Positions 1-9,790 are shown, numbered from the stretch's first letter. The stretch is 64,000 bases of DNA from Alphaproteobacteria bacterium (GCA_965279355.1 OZ257155.1:4616874-4680873); one strand, 5' to 3'. Numbers and translations are program-made. Notes: generated by a model not told the origin, from the letters alone.

Positions 1-5
1 TGCTT

Positions 6-1529
6 TTAGCTGGCGAATAGTGCGCGTCCGGCGCGCACGATCCGCTGGAGGTCCCTGTGCCACTTTGTCCCCAAGGGGCCGGCATGGACCCGCGAAAGCT
101 GGGCGTAGCGCGCTTCGGGCAATGACGCAGCGATGCGCGCGCGCAGCGCATCGAGGTTATAGGCATCGCGCCCGGGTGCCAGGCTGACCGGCACAATGCT
201 ACCGGGGCTGAGCGCAAGTTCCCCTGCTATCGCTTCCACCGAATCCCTGATGGAACGAGCCTTGGGCCGTTTGGCAGCGACGATATCGTAAGGCGGTTCC
301 CATTCGGCAAAGGGCCTTAGCTGGTCGATATGCGTGGCAACGCACAGGAGCGGCGGCCTGTTGAGTTCCGGTCGCGCGGCAAACCACTCGCGAAATGCTT
401 TCAGCCCCTGCGCGTCGGTTTCGCGGGCCGCCTGTGTGACGGCGATTGTCCACAGCACGATGTCGGCGCGGCGCGCTTCCTCGCCCAAAGCCGCGATGGC
501 GGCCGGCGAGAGATCGAGACCAGGAGCATCGACAAACACGAACGCGCCACCGTCGGGATCGGTGGCTTCGAACGCGCGAAATCCGGGCGGACCGGGCAGC
601 GGCGTGACCGGGGCCAGGATGTCGCTGGCCAGTGCGTTGAGCAGACTCGATTTGCCGGCGTTGGTCTGACCCGCGATCAGCACGCGCAAGGGAGGCGCTG
701 TGTCGTTTGCTGCGGCTGCGTCGGCGCGCGCAGTCATTGCAGCGACACGATCAAGCTCGGCGGCGTCGTGACGCAGCCGTCCTGAATAAAGATCGATGGC
801 TGCCTTGCCGACCTCGATCACCAGAAGCTGCGTCAGCCGGCGCTGGAGCCGAAGCTTGCCCGCATCCCAGGCGGCATCGAAAACCAGTCGCCGCACCTCG
901 CCCAGGGCGGCACTTGCAGGATTGATGACCGGACGCACCACGCGATAGAGGTCGTAGATATCCTGTCCAAGCTGAACCAGCGGGGCGGCGTCGCCGATGA
1001 CCTGATGCGCGCTTCGCATCTGCGCCAGCGTCAGCCGGTCAGCGAGCGGTACCATTTCGAGCACGGCCTGTCGCAGGCGTGCGGATACACGATGCACCAA
1101 CAGGAGCCCTTCGGGCATGGTGAAGGCAGCGAGCGGATTGTCGTCCTCCGGCCGATAGTGCCGGGCAACCTGTTCGACTGTCCGTCGCGCGAGCGCGAAC
1201 GCTTCGTCGGCATCGGTCAGCGAGAGCGGCTCGATTGTCTCGGCAAAGCTTCGCACTTTTTCGAACGCGGCGCGCTCGCGTTCCGGCCAGTCGGCTTCCG
1301 GCGTCGCCAGTTCGGCGAGTTCGGCTTTCTGTCGCGGGCGGCGCCAGCGCAACACGTAGAGCCCAGACGGCATCGCTGCGAGCAGACACAGCGCGAAAAA
1401 CCACAAGCCGTGGCCCTGTTCCCACAGCCACAAGGCACCCAGCGGGATCAGCAGCAGCGGCGGCAATAGAAGCAGCGCGGCGGCAGCAATCTCGCGGCGA
1501 CGGAGGCGGAGCGAACGGTGCGCCATCAC
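6..1529 (-). CDS. membrane-anchored P-loop GTPase (N-terminal TM helices, C-terminal GTPase domain)
   Basis: 507-aa ORF. Two hydrophobic helices near the N-terminus. G1 GQTNAGKSS and G3 DAPG. The start overlaps the stop of the upstream gene (TGATG at 1524-1528). Confidence 0.6.
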   Translation of the reverse strand: MMAHRSLRLRRREIAAAALLLLPPLLLIPLGALWLWEQGHGLWFFALCLLAAMPSGLYVLRWRRPRQKAELAELATPEADWPERERAAFEKVRSFAETIEPLSLTDADEAFALARRTVEQVARHYRPEDDNPLAAFTMPEGLLLVHRVSARLRQAVLEMVPLADRLTLAQMRSAHQVIGDAAPLVQLGQDIYDLYRVVRPVINPASAALGEVRRLVFDAAWDAGKLRLQRRLTQLLVIEVGKAAIDLYSGRLRHDAAELDRVAAMTARADAAAANDTAPPLRVLIAGQTNAGKSSLLNALASDILAPVTPLPGPPGFRAFEATDPDGGAFVFVDAPGLDLSPAAIAALGEEARRADIVLWTIAVTQAARETDAQGLKAFREWFAARPELNRPPLLCVATHIDQLRPFAEWEPPYDIVAAKRPKARSIRDSVEAIAGELALSPGSIVPVSLAPGRDAYNLDALRARIAASLPEARYAQLSRVHAGPLGTKWHRDLQRIVRAGRALFAS

Positions 1530-2782
1530 GCCCCGCCGTCGCGCGGGCTGCGGAAGATTGCCAGCGCGTCGCGCAGGCCCCTGGCATAGGCTTCCTTCAC
1601 CGCGAGGTCGCTTGGCCTTTCTCCGGCCTGCCGCGCGGTGAGATAGACTCGAGCCGCCAAACCCAGCGCATAGGTGAACGCAAAACTTGCCGCAGCCGCG
1701 GCGGCGGCTCCGGCCGTCTGGCCATAAACCGGGACCAGCTTGATAAGCTGGCGTATACCGAAGCTCACCCCGTAATTTGCCACGGCCGCGGTGCCGATTC
1801 CGCCAAGGAAGCCGAGAACATCCGCGCGGCCCCAGGCGACATCGTAACGCCGGGCGAGCGCGTGCAGCATCGCGCCCTGCACCCCCGTCACTGCAATTGC
1901 GCCAACCGCGGGAACCACATCGCTCGCCGCGGCGGCGAATGCATATCCGACGATCAGCTTGTGCGTGCGCGCGCCGATGCGATCGCCTTCAATGGCCCGC
2001 AACGCTGACAGCCGGTTCTGCACCGCCAGGGGCGCCGCCAGTTCGATTGCCGCGAGCAGAGCATCGATCCCGTAATCGGCCGGTGCCAGCCCGTCCTGCG
2101 GCTGCGTGAAGTCGAGCGGCACGAACAGGATGCGCGCTGCGCCCGGGAGGCCGGCGAAGAGCGACCGTTGATGCATGAGCGCGCGAGACAGATCCGCAGG
2201 CACGCCGGAAAGCCCGGCGTCGGTGCCGACGCCGGTAAATGGGTAGGGCAGCGCATGCGCCGGCGGGTGGGGATAGAGCGCATGCAGCCATGTCTGCGCG
2301 ACGATCAGCGGCCAGTCGGGGTGACGATCGCGAATGTCGCGCACCGCATCGATCACGGATTGCTGCGCCGGATCGCTGGTGCGCATCACGACAATGAGCA
2401 GATGCGCCTTGTCTTCGCACGCCAGCAGATCCTCGGTCGGATCATAACCAGTTTCACCAAGGCCGCGCGTGTCCAGAAAGCGCAGCAGAGGCGCCTCTGA
2501 CGGGAAATCGAAGACGGCGGCGGTGCGCGTCATTGGGCGAAAGCCTTCGCCGATCTCGGCCGCACTGGCGCCGGTCAGCCGCTGGACGATTGACGACTTG
2601 CCGCTTTGCACTTTTCCGAGCAGCCAGATCACGGGAGCGCCGGCTGTCGCGGCGTCACGCGCCGACGTCGGCTCTGTATCGGCGACCGCGCCAGCGGCGA
2701 CCGCGTCCGGAGAGCCCACGGCGCTTGTGCGCTCGACGATCGAACGCCACCAGGTCAACGGATTGAGACGACGGATGCTCAT
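1526..2782 (-). CDS. P-loop GTPase with C-terminal Gly/Ala-rich membrane domain (DUF697/YcjF-like)
   Basis: Internal ATG at 2782 (MSIRRLNPLTWW) chosen over the long ORF start at 3028. G1 GKVQSGKSS and G3 DTRG. The C-terminal part has hydrophobic Gly/Ala-rich segments. Confidence 0.6.
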   Translation of the reverse strand: MSIRRLNPLTWWRSIVERTSAVGSPDAVAAGAVADTEPTSARDAATAGAPVIWLLGKVQSGKSSIVQRLTGASAAEIGEGFRPMTRTAAVFDFPSEAPLLRFLDTRGLGETGYDPTEDLLACEDKAHLLIVVMRTSDPAQQSVIDAVRDIRDRHPDWPLIVAQTWLHALYPHPPAHALPYPFTGVGTDAGLSGVPADLSRALMHQRSLFAGLPGAARILFVPLDFTQPQDGLAPADYGIDALLAAIELAAPLAVQNRLSALRAIEGDRIGARTHKLIVGYAFAAAASDVVPAVGAIAVTGVQGAMLHALARRYDVAWGRADVLGFLGGIGTAAVANYGVSFGIRQLIKLVPVYGQTAGAAAAAAASFAFTYALGLAARVYLTARQAGERPSDLAVKEAYARGLRDALAIFRSPRDGGA

Positions 2783-3078
2783 GCCTTGGTGGATGTTTCC
2801 GCTGGTCGGTCGAAAGGGAAGAATCCTGCAGGGCTTCTGTTTTTTAAGGGTGAAATGAGCCGCTTCTGTGGCGCTTGTGCCGTTCACTAACATAGGCGCT
2901 ACCGGCGGAAAAAGAACAGGACCGGGAGGAAAATGGCGATGCTGGCGGGGAGGATGCCTATGGCAGCTTGGCTGCGAGCTCTCATTTCTGGTCGCTTGGA
3001 GAGCAGGGAATGCCTTATGCTCAGGCAAGCTGCGGAATGTTCTTCAACCGCAATCGCTCAACAATTACAGATGAATTC

Positions 3079-3642
3079 ATGCCCTCCAAGACAAATACCT
3101 CTCAGCGGTCAAAAAGCGGCTATCGTGTCGTCAACGATTCAATGGAATCCCGCGGGGCGCATCAGGACCCCAAGCGCCACCTCTATGTCATTACGGAGAA
3201 TGCCGGATACTTGGCGGCCATCACGACGCGGCTGATCGAACGCGATTTCGATCGCCGATTCAAGAAGCATGGATCCTCATTCGGTCAATGGCCCATTCTC
3301 ATTCACCTCTGGGCCAAGGACGGCCAGACCCAGCGTGAGCTGTGCCGGCGGGTCGTCGTCGAGGAGGCTACGATGACAAATACATTGAATCGCATGGTGA
3401 AGGCCGGACTGGTCGAGCGGCGACAGGCACCCGAAGATCGCCGCCAGCAGCAGATATTTCTCACGCGGAGTGCCCTTCGTCTCCGGGATAAGATGGTTGC
3501 GGAAGCTCTTGCCTCAAACGAGGTCGCGCTCAAAGGCGTTTCGGCACGTGATCGCGCGACACTCCGTAGGGTCCTGGCGCGCATTGTCGTCAACCTCAGG
3601 GAACAGCCCAGCATCGCCCCATCCTTTTCGTCCAGAGGATAG
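3079..3642 (+). CDS. MarR-family transcriptional regulator
   Basis: Winged-helix region ATMTNTLNRMVKAGLVERRQAPEDRRQQQIFLT. ATG at 3079 gives a MarR-typical length. Confidence 0.8.
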   Translation: MPSKTNTSQRSKSGYRVVNDSMESRGAHQDPKRHLYVITENAGYLAAITTRLIERDFDRRFKKHGSSFGQWPILIHLWAKDGQTQRELCRRVVVEEATMTNTLNRMVKAGLVERRQAPEDRRQQQIFLTRSALRLRDKMVAEALASNEVALKGVSARDRATLRRVLARIVVNLREQPSIAPSFSSRG

Positions 3643-3663
3643 GAGCGGTGCTGAGCTCTTGGT

Positions 3664-4791
3664 TCAGTTCCAGATCTCCTGGCTAACCTTGACGATGAGA
3701 TCAAGTTTCCGCCGCTCATCGTCGATTGAAAAATCAGTTCCGAATACATTAGTGGAAAAGCCGCATTGCGGGCAAAGACCGAGTTGCTCCAGCGGTAGGT
3801 AGTTTGACGCTTCGTCGATTCTCTTTTTCAAGGAATCGGACGTCTCCAGTTCCCTGACTTTCGTGGAAACGATACCGAGATAGGCGGTCTTACCCTTGGG
3901 AAAGTAGCGAAGCGGCGAGAAGCCGCCGGCGCGGCTGGTATCGTATTCGAGCAGATAACCGTCGACATCGAGACGGCCAAACACGGCTTCTGCGACAGGA
4001 TCGTAGCCGCCTTCGCCGCCCCAGAAAGCATTCATGTTCCCACGGCACATGTGCATGAGGAGGGTCATGTCTTTGGGCCGGCCGGCAATCGCTTCATTGA
4101 TCAGCCAGATATAGGTTTCAATGAGAACCTTTGGATCCTCGCCCCGCAACAGGGAGAACTTTTGATGACGAGGGTCGCATAGGAGAGGAATCATGCACTC
4201 ATCGATCTGGAGAACCTTGCAGCCCGCCTCGGCCAGTGCGTGGATCTCGGCACGATAGGCTGCGATCAGATCGTCCCAGAACTCGGCGATGTTGTCGTAA
4301 ATTTCCGGGACGAATTCCTGATTGCGCAGGAAGTGGATGATCGTTGGTGCCGGAATCGTAACCTTCGGTATGCGCTGGGTGGCTGACTTCAGAAACTTGA
4401 ACGGCTCGGACAGGATGCTGCCTTTCCATTTGAGCCGCTCCGTGAGCGTCACGCCGGGTGCCGGGCGCCTTTCACCGCCGGCATTCGTGAAGGAAACTGC
4501 GGTTTTGCCGTTATAGGTGACTTTGGGGCCGAGCGAGATCGCGAAATCCGTCCACCAGCTGCGGCGCCGGAATTCGCCGTCCGTGACCAGCGGGAGACCG
4601 CAGCTTTCCTGAAGAGCGACGACATCCCGGACCGCCTGATCTTCGACCGCGCGCAACGCGGCGTTGTCATGGGCCCCAAGATTATGATCGGCGTCCTGCG
4701 CCCCGAGATAGCGATTGCGCGCTTCCTGAAGCCCCGCCGGCCGCAGAAGGCTTCCAACATGATCTACATGAGGCAGGGGATGGATCGACAT
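3664..4791 (-). CDS. cobalamin-independent methionine synthase (MetE C-terminal domain)-like protein
   Basis: 375 aa. The N-terminal HVGSLLRP motif and overall length are typical of the MetE-like/UROD-fold family. Confidence 0.7.
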   Translation of the reverse strand: MSIHPLPHVDHVGSLLRPAGLQEARNRYLGAQDADHNLGAHDNAALRAVEDQAVRDVVALQESCGLPLVTDGEFRRRSWWTDFAISLGPKVTYNGKTAVSFTNAGGERRPAPGVTLTERLKWKGSILSEPFKFLKSATQRIPKVTIPAPTIIHFLRNQEFVPEIYDNIAEFWDDLIAAYRAEIHALAEAGCKVLQIDECMIPLLCDPRHQKFSLLRGEDPKVLIETYIWLINEAIAGRPKDMTLLMHMCRGNMNAFWGGEGGYDPVAEAVFGRLDVDGYLLEYDTSRAGGFSPLRYFPKGKTAYLGIVSTKVRELETSDSLKKRIDEASNYLPLEQLGLCPQCGFSTNVFGTDFSIDDERRKLDLIVKVSQEIWN

Positions 4792-4821
4792 TGCATTACT
4801 CCTAGTTGGTAAAGTTAATAA

Positions 4822-4836
4822 TTAGTATGCTAAGTA
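4822..4836. promoter_or_regulatory. candidate operator TTAGTATGCTAAGTA, copy 1, upstream of the MetE-like gene
   Basis: Identical 15-mer also found at 6311-6325. Contains the dyad TTAG-TATG-CTAA. Lies 31-45 nt upstream of the start codon at 4791. Confidence 0.4.
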
Positions 4837-4911
4837 AATAGACGATAAATATGCCTTGCCCATGAAGACGACGTGAATCTTCTGCCAGTCCTTAGGGGTT
4901 TCGCTGCCGGG

Positions 4912-6213
4912 CTATTTCCAGCGGGTTCTCATCAGGATGAACGTAACTAGGATTCCCAGGCTGAGCGAAAGTGCCAGAATCAGGAATGCGTCCGAGAATT
5001 CACCGGTTCTGGCTCGGATAACACCAATCATTGGCGGCGCAACAAATCCGGCAATGCCCCCGAGAGAATTGATGATCGCGTAACCCGCCGCCGCTCCGTC
5101 ATCGGCCAGCATGGCGTTTGGTCCGTTCCAGAAGACGGCGATGGCGCTTAACATCCCGGCGGCGGCCACTGTAACGAAGGCGAGGGTAACAAAAGTACTG
5201 TCTGCCAGCCCGGCACCGGCGAGACCGATGGCGCCAACCAGCAATGCAGTGACGAGATGCCATCGGCGTTCGCCGGTCCTGTCGGAATGTTGTGCGAAAA
5301 ACTGCATTGCAATGGCGCCGAAGAGAAAGGGGGTTGCGGCAGCAAAGCCGATCGCGACGGTCGACAGGTCGGACATCTGCCTGATCATCTGCGGCAACCA
5401 TATGGTTACGCCCAGAAATCCGCATCCCACGAAGAACAGGATGCCGGAAAAGGCCAGCACGACGGGACTTTTAAGCGCCCGGACAAGGCTGTTGATTCCG
5501 TGCTCGGCGGCCTTTTCCCTTTCCGCCTGCAGTGTGGCGGAAAGCCACTGCCGCTGTTCCGCCGACAGCCATTTTACGCTGTCGGGGCTGCCGGGCAGAT
5601 ACACATACGCAAGGATGCCGGCTACCACGGTCGCGCCACCCTGCAGCAGAAACATCCATTGCCAGCCTCGTAGCGCGAGGACTCCGTCGAACGTGAGGAT
5701 GCCGGCCGATACAGGTGGGCCCAGAATGAGCGCCACGGCGACGGCAGACCACATCCGTGCGATGGCCTTCGAAAGTTCTGCCCGCGGATACCAAATCGAC
5801 AGGTAGAAGATAACACCCGGGATCCAGCCAGCCTCAGCAACGCCAATGAGAAAGCGGACGACGTAGAGGGAAAGAGGAGTGTCGACGAACATCATCGCCA
5901 TGGTCATGAAGCCCCAGGTAATGGCAATTCGGGCCAACCAGATTCGAGCTCCGACACGCCGCAGGATCATGTTGCTGGGCACTTCAAAAAGAATATAGCC
6001 GGTGTAAAGAATACCGGCCCCCAGCCCGAATACCTGCGGCACGAAACCAAGGTCCTGATTCATCTGCAATGCCGCGAAGCCGATGTTTACGCGGTCGAGA
6101 AAGTTGAAAAAGAACAACACGAAGACCAGCGGGATTATCCGCCATGTCACAGCGCTCATGGTCGATCGTGCGATGTGATCGGTCGTTGGTTCGTCTACGG
6201 TTATGTGGTTCAT
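4912..6213 (-). CDS. MFS transporter (anion/organic-acid type)
   Basis: About 12 predicted TM segments. ATG at 6213 (MNHITVDEP) preferred over the upstream ORF start. Confidence 0.8.
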   Translation of the reverse strand: MNHITVDEPTTDHIARSTMSAVTWRIIPLVFVLFFFNFLDRVNIGFAALQMNQDLGFVPQVFGLGAGILYTGYILFEVPSNMILRRVGARIWLARIAITWGFMTMAMMFVDTPLSLYVVRFLIGVAEAGWIPGVIFYLSIWYPRAELSKAIARMWSAVAVALILGPPVSAGILTFDGVLALRGWQWMFLLQGGATVVAGILAYVYLPGSPDSVKWLSAEQRQWLSATLQAEREKAAEHGINSLVRALKSPVVLAFSGILFFVGCGFLGVTIWLPQMIRQMSDLSTVAIGFAAATPFLFGAIAMQFFAQHSDRTGERRWHLVTALLVGAIGLAGAGLADSTFVTLAFVTVAAAGMLSAIAVFWNGPNAMLADDGAAAGYAIINSLGGIAGFVAPPMIGVIRARTGEFSDAFLILALSLSLGILVTFILMRTRWK

Positions 6214-6307
6214 CTGCTTCCCCCATAATTTGGCTGCGCCTGCTTTTTTGGCGATTTTTCGTGACCCGGCTGCCACTGAAGGGCAGGTCGGATGGGTCGA
6301 CAGCTAA

Positions 6308-6325
6308 TACTTAGTATGCTAAGTA
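6308..6325. promoter_or_regulatory. candidate operator TACTTAGTATGCTAAGTA, copy 2, in the divergent MFS/hydrolase promoter region
   Basis: 7-4-7 perfect inverted repeat (TACTTAG-TATG-CTAAGTA). Shares 15 identical nt with 4822-4836. Confidence 0.4.
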
Positions 6326-6437
6326 GAAACTTGTGCCGGCTTTCGGGCCTTGTCAAGCGGGAGAGTCCAGTCTGTCGCTATGAATTTTGGAAACTTAGCC
6401 GGCTATGTATGCGGCGGAGACGAATAGGAGAGATTAA

Positions 6438-7151
6438 ATGGTCGATTTTGTCCTGGTTCATGGCGCCTGGCATGGGGCGTGGTGTTGGCGCCGCCTTGAG
6501 CCGCTGTTGGCTGCAAAGGGGCATCGCGCCTGGACGCCGACGCTTACGGGGCAGGGTGCGAGCGTTCACCTGGCAACATCTTCGGTCGGCCTAGCAACCC
6601 ATGTGGTCGACATCGAAAACACGATCCGGAGCGAGGAACTAAACGACATTGTTCTTGTCGGCCACAGCTACGCGGGCATCGTCGCGAGCGTGGTTGCGTG
6701 CAGGATGCCTGAGCGCATTCGGCGGCTCGTCTATCTTGATGCGTTCGTGCCGAGTCCAGATCGAAGCCTTTTCGATCTTGTCTCGCCGGAAGAGCGGGAC
6801 CAACTTCGTCTAATGGCTGCTAGCGGGGCACAACCATGGCTGCTACCGCCATTTCCGCCGGCTGGCTACGGCGTCATGGACTCCGGAGCCGCAGCGTGGC
6901 TGTCGCGTCAGCTTACGCCTATGACGATTGCCTGTTTCGAAGATGTGGTGCGTTTCGATGAGGCGCGCCTGTTGGCTCTTCCCCGCACCTATGTCCACGC
7001 GTCACGATCCGAGCGGGATCGGTTTGAGCGTTTCGCGGCGCCGTTCCGGAAGCAGGGCGCACCATCCTATTTCGAGATTCCGAGCGGACACGACATGATG
7101 ATTACTCATGCAGCTGAAACCGCCCATATTCTTGATGCGGTGGCTGGCTAG
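6438..7151 (+). CDS. alpha/beta-fold hydrolase (methylesterase/salicylate-esterase-like)
   Basis: N-terminal VLVHGAWHGAWCW and nucleophile elbow GHSYAG. Good SD (AGGAGAG) upstream of the ATG. Confidence 0.8.
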   Translation: MVDFVLVHGAWHGAWCWRRLEPLLAAKGHRAWTPTLTGQGASVHLATSSVGLATHVVDIENTIRSEELNDIVLVGHSYAGIVASVVACRMPERIRRLVYLDAFVPSPDRSLFDLVSPEERDQLRLMAASGAQPWLLPPFPPAGYGVMDSGAAAWLSRQLTPMTIACFEDVVRFDEARLLALPRTYVHASRSERDRFERFAAPFRKQGAPSYFEIPSGHDMMITHAAETAHILDAVAG

Positions 7152-7234
7152 AAACGGGACCGAAAGAAGAGTTATCTCTTAAACAGCACGTAGAAGATCT
7201 GCGGCCGTTTCGGCCGATGGATGTGGGAGGAAAT

Positions 7235-8212
7235 ATGACAAACAGTGCCGAACTTACAAAGGGGATGGACCAGCGTCTGTCGACACTGGAGGCCCTGTAC
7301 GAGGAGGCGGATCGCCTGCGCGTCACACCGGGCTGGATCCCGCGCGACAAGCCGATCCTTTGGCCGCAGCCGAAATCGGAGTTCGTGCCCTGCCAGTGGC
7401 GATATGCGGAGGTGAAGGAGGCGCTGGCCGCCGCCGGCTCTCTGGTCGATGTGGCGCTGGCCGAACGGCGCAATCTCGTGCTGCGCAATCCTATTCCCGG
7501 CAACGGCTTTGCGACCACGCGGACGCTGGTCTGCGCCTATCAGATGATTATGCCGGGGGAAGTGGCGCCGTCACACAAGCACTCCTCGCATGCGCTGCGG
7601 GTGATCCTGGAATCGAAGGGATCGTTCTCGGTCGTGAATGGCGAGAAAACGCCAATGGAAAGCGGGGATGTCGTGCTGACGCCGGGAAACTTCTGGCACG
7701 GCCATGGCCACGACGGCGACGAACCGGCCTACTGGTTCGACGGTCTCGACGTGCCGCTGACGCATCTGCTGGAGCCGATGTTCTTCCAGGAGCATCCGGA
7801 CAAGTATGAAAAGATCGCGACCGTCGCCACGGCGTCGCCGTTCCGCTTCTCACGCAACTCAATCGCTGCGGAACTCGATAAAGCGAAGCCCGCGGCTGAC
7901 GGCCGTCACGGCGCGCGGATCAGGCTGGCCGCGCCGGATATGCCGCCCATGAGCCTCGCCGTGGAGAGACTGCCGTCCGGCATGAAGCGGACCGCGCTGC
8001 GTTCAACCGCCAACCGGATATTCGTGGTGATGGAAGGAGCGGGTGAATCGACGGTCGGCAACGAGCGTTTCAGCTGGCGTTTCGGCGATACGCTGACGGT
8101 TCCGTGCTGGACCCGTTTCGAGCATCACGCGACCAGCGATGCGACATTGTTCGAGATGTCGGACGAAGCGCTGATGCGGTTCGCCGGTTACTACCGGGAA
8201 GAAATCGGCTAG
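7235..8212 (+). CDS. gentisate 1,2-dioxygenase-like bicupin dioxygenase
   Basis: Cupin motif PGEVAPSHKHSSHALRVILESKG...GDVVLTPGNFWHGHGH. The ATG at 7235 is preceded by GGGAGGA. Confidence 0.75.
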   Translation: MTNSAELTKGMDQRLSTLEALYEEADRLRVTPGWIPRDKPILWPQPKSEFVPCQWRYAEVKEALAAAGSLVDVALAERRNLVLRNPIPGNGFATTRTLVCAYQMIMPGEVAPSHKHSSHALRVILESKGSFSVVNGEKTPMESGDVVLTPGNFWHGHGHDGDEPAYWFDGLDVPLTHLLEPMFFQEHPDKYEKIATVATASPFRFSRNSIAAELDKAKPAADGRHGARIRLAAPDMPPMSLAVERLPSGMKRTALRSTANRIFVVMEGAGESTVGNERFSWRFGDTLTVPCWTRFEHHATSDATLFEMSDEALMRFAGYYREEIG

Positions 8213-8215
8213 CGC

Positions 8216-8590
8216 CTAACGCCGCCTGCAGGCTGCGCTGATCTCGCTGACCTGCGTGCAGAACAGGTCCGGTGACACAACGAAGCCGGGTTCGACACCC
8301 GGGTTACGGCGGGCCCGCATGCCATTGGAGAAATTGACCCAGCCCGCCGATCCCATCTGGGACGTGATGCCGTTGCTGAACAGCAGCCGACCATCGCGCG
8401 CCGGTTGGACCTTGACCGGGTCCTTCCCTTTGGGCGTGAGAATCATGCCCCGCGTCTGACCGTCTTCGATGGCGACGACGCCATTGGTGCAGGCGACCGA
8501 CTTGTCCGTCTTGAGGTCACAGGAGGCCGGTACCGGGCTTCCGGTGATCACCAGCGCGTAAATCAGGACTTCGATCGGGGCCAGCGCCAT
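8216..8590 (-). CDS. hypothetical Cys-containing protein, last gene of the copper operon
   Basis: 124-aa ORF in the same orientation and tightly spaced after the DUF3147-like gene. No recognisable motif. Confidence 0.4.
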   Translation of the reverse strand: MALAPIEVLIYALVITGSPVPASCDLKTDKSVACTNGVVAIEDGQTRGMILTPKGKDPVKVQPARDGRLLFSNGITSQMGSAGWVNFSNGMRARRNPGVEPGFVVSPDLFCTQVSEISAACRRR

Positions 8591-8623
8591 GGGGCATTCC
8601 AGATGCGATTCGCCGAACCGAGT

Positions 8624-8974
8624 TTAAACCTGAATGCCGATCCGGGGCAGCAGCCACAAGGTGAGGGCGTAGAGGCCCATAGTCACTACACAGGCAATCA
8701 GGAGGGCCAGCCAGAATGTCACGCCGCCCCGCAGCATGGTGGGCAGGACCAGAAACATCGGCAGCGACGGCAGGACAAACCAGAATGTCGCTTCGGCATG
8801 CGCGGCAATGCGCTCCACGTCACCGGTATCCCGCCAGAGCCAGATCATGCCGAGGACGGACACCAGCGGAAGCGAGGCGATCAACCCACCTAAGCCCGGA
8901 CTGCGCCGCGCGATCTCCGAAACGATCAGGACGATCACACCGGACAGTGCGGCTTTGACGATCAGATAGGTCAT
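8624..8974 (-). CDS. small integral membrane protein (DUF3147-like)
   Basis: 116 aa with four hydrophobic helices, located in the copper cluster. Confidence 0.6.
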   Translation of the reverse strand: MTYLIVKAALSGVIVLIVSEIARRSPGLGGLIASLPLVSVLGMIWLWRDTGDVERIAAHAEATFWFVLPSLPMFLVLPTMLRGGVTFWLALLIACVVTMGLYALTLWLLPRIGIQV

Positions 8975-8988
8975 CGGGATGTGTGCTC

Positions 8989-9294
8989 CTAGCGCAGCGG
9001 CTCGACGCTTTTCAAAGTGAACGCGCCGTCGACCTTTTCCGTCTCGAAGCGGACCTTGTCGCCGACCTTGAACTGGTCGAGCATCTTGGGATCGGGTACG
9101 CGGAAGACCATCGTCATCGCCGGCATGTCGAGATTGGGCAACGGGCCATGGCGGATCGTCATCTTCTGTGCGGGTTTGTCGATCCGGCGGACTTCGCCTT
9201 CGACGATATCGCTCGGCCCGCCTTGCGCGGTGGCGGCGAAGGCGGTCAGCGAAAGGATGGCTCCAAACTGAAGCATGAAGAACGTGCGTCTCAT
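8989..9294 (-). CDS. cusF: periplasmic Cu(I)-binding protein, CusF-like
   Basis: Signal peptide followed by the Met-rich motif HGPLPNLDMPAMTMVFRV. Confidence 0.75.
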   Translation of the reverse strand: MRRTFFMLQFGAILSLTAFAATAQGGPSDIVEGEVRRIDKPAQKMTIRHGPLPNLDMPAMTMVFRVPDPKMLDQFKVGDKVRFETEKVDGAFTLKSVEPLR

Positions 9295-9304
9295 GTGAAC
9301 CTCC

Positions 9305-9790
9305 TCAATGCGAATGCGCGGCGCCGCGGACGGTCACCTTGCCGATCATGCCGGCCTCGAAATGGCCGGGTTCAAGGCAGGCGAAATCGACAGTTCCGGC
9401 GTGCGTGAACTGCCAGACCAGCTGGCCGGTCTTGCCGGGCGCGACCGAGACCGCATTGGGTTCTTCATCATGCTCCATTTCCGGGTGCTTCTGCATGAGC
9501 TCTGCGTGTTCCTTGAGCTCCTGCTGCGTGCCGAGCACCAGCTCGTGCTTGATCTTGCCGCTGTTCTTGACGACGAAGCGGATGGTTTCGCCCTGGCGGA
9601 CGGCAATGCCCGACGGTTGAAAACGCATCTGGTCGTTCATCGTCACCTGTACCGTGCGCGAGACTTTTTTCGGGTCGCCCGGCTGGCCGATCCCGGCCTC
9701 ATGCCCGTGATCGTGCTGGCCGGCGGCGAAGGCGGCGGATGACGCCAGGGCAAAAAGTAAGGCGGTGCCGAGGGTACGCAGGGAACGCAT
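9305..9790 (-). CDS. periplasmic cupredoxin (type-1 copper) protein
   Basis: Signal peptide MRSLRTLGTALLFALASSAAFA, a His-rich stretch, and C-terminal ligands FACLEPGHFEAGM. SD GGGAGA lies before the ATG at 9790. Confidence 0.75.
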   Translation of the reverse strand: MRSLRTLGTALLFALASSAAFAAGQHDHGHEAGIGQPGDPKKVSRTVQVTMNDQMRFQPSGIAVRQGETIRFVVKNSGKIKHELVLGTQQELKEHAELMQKHPEMEHDEEPNAVSVAPGKTGQLVWQFTHAGTVDFACLEPGHFEAGMIGKVTVRGAAHSH

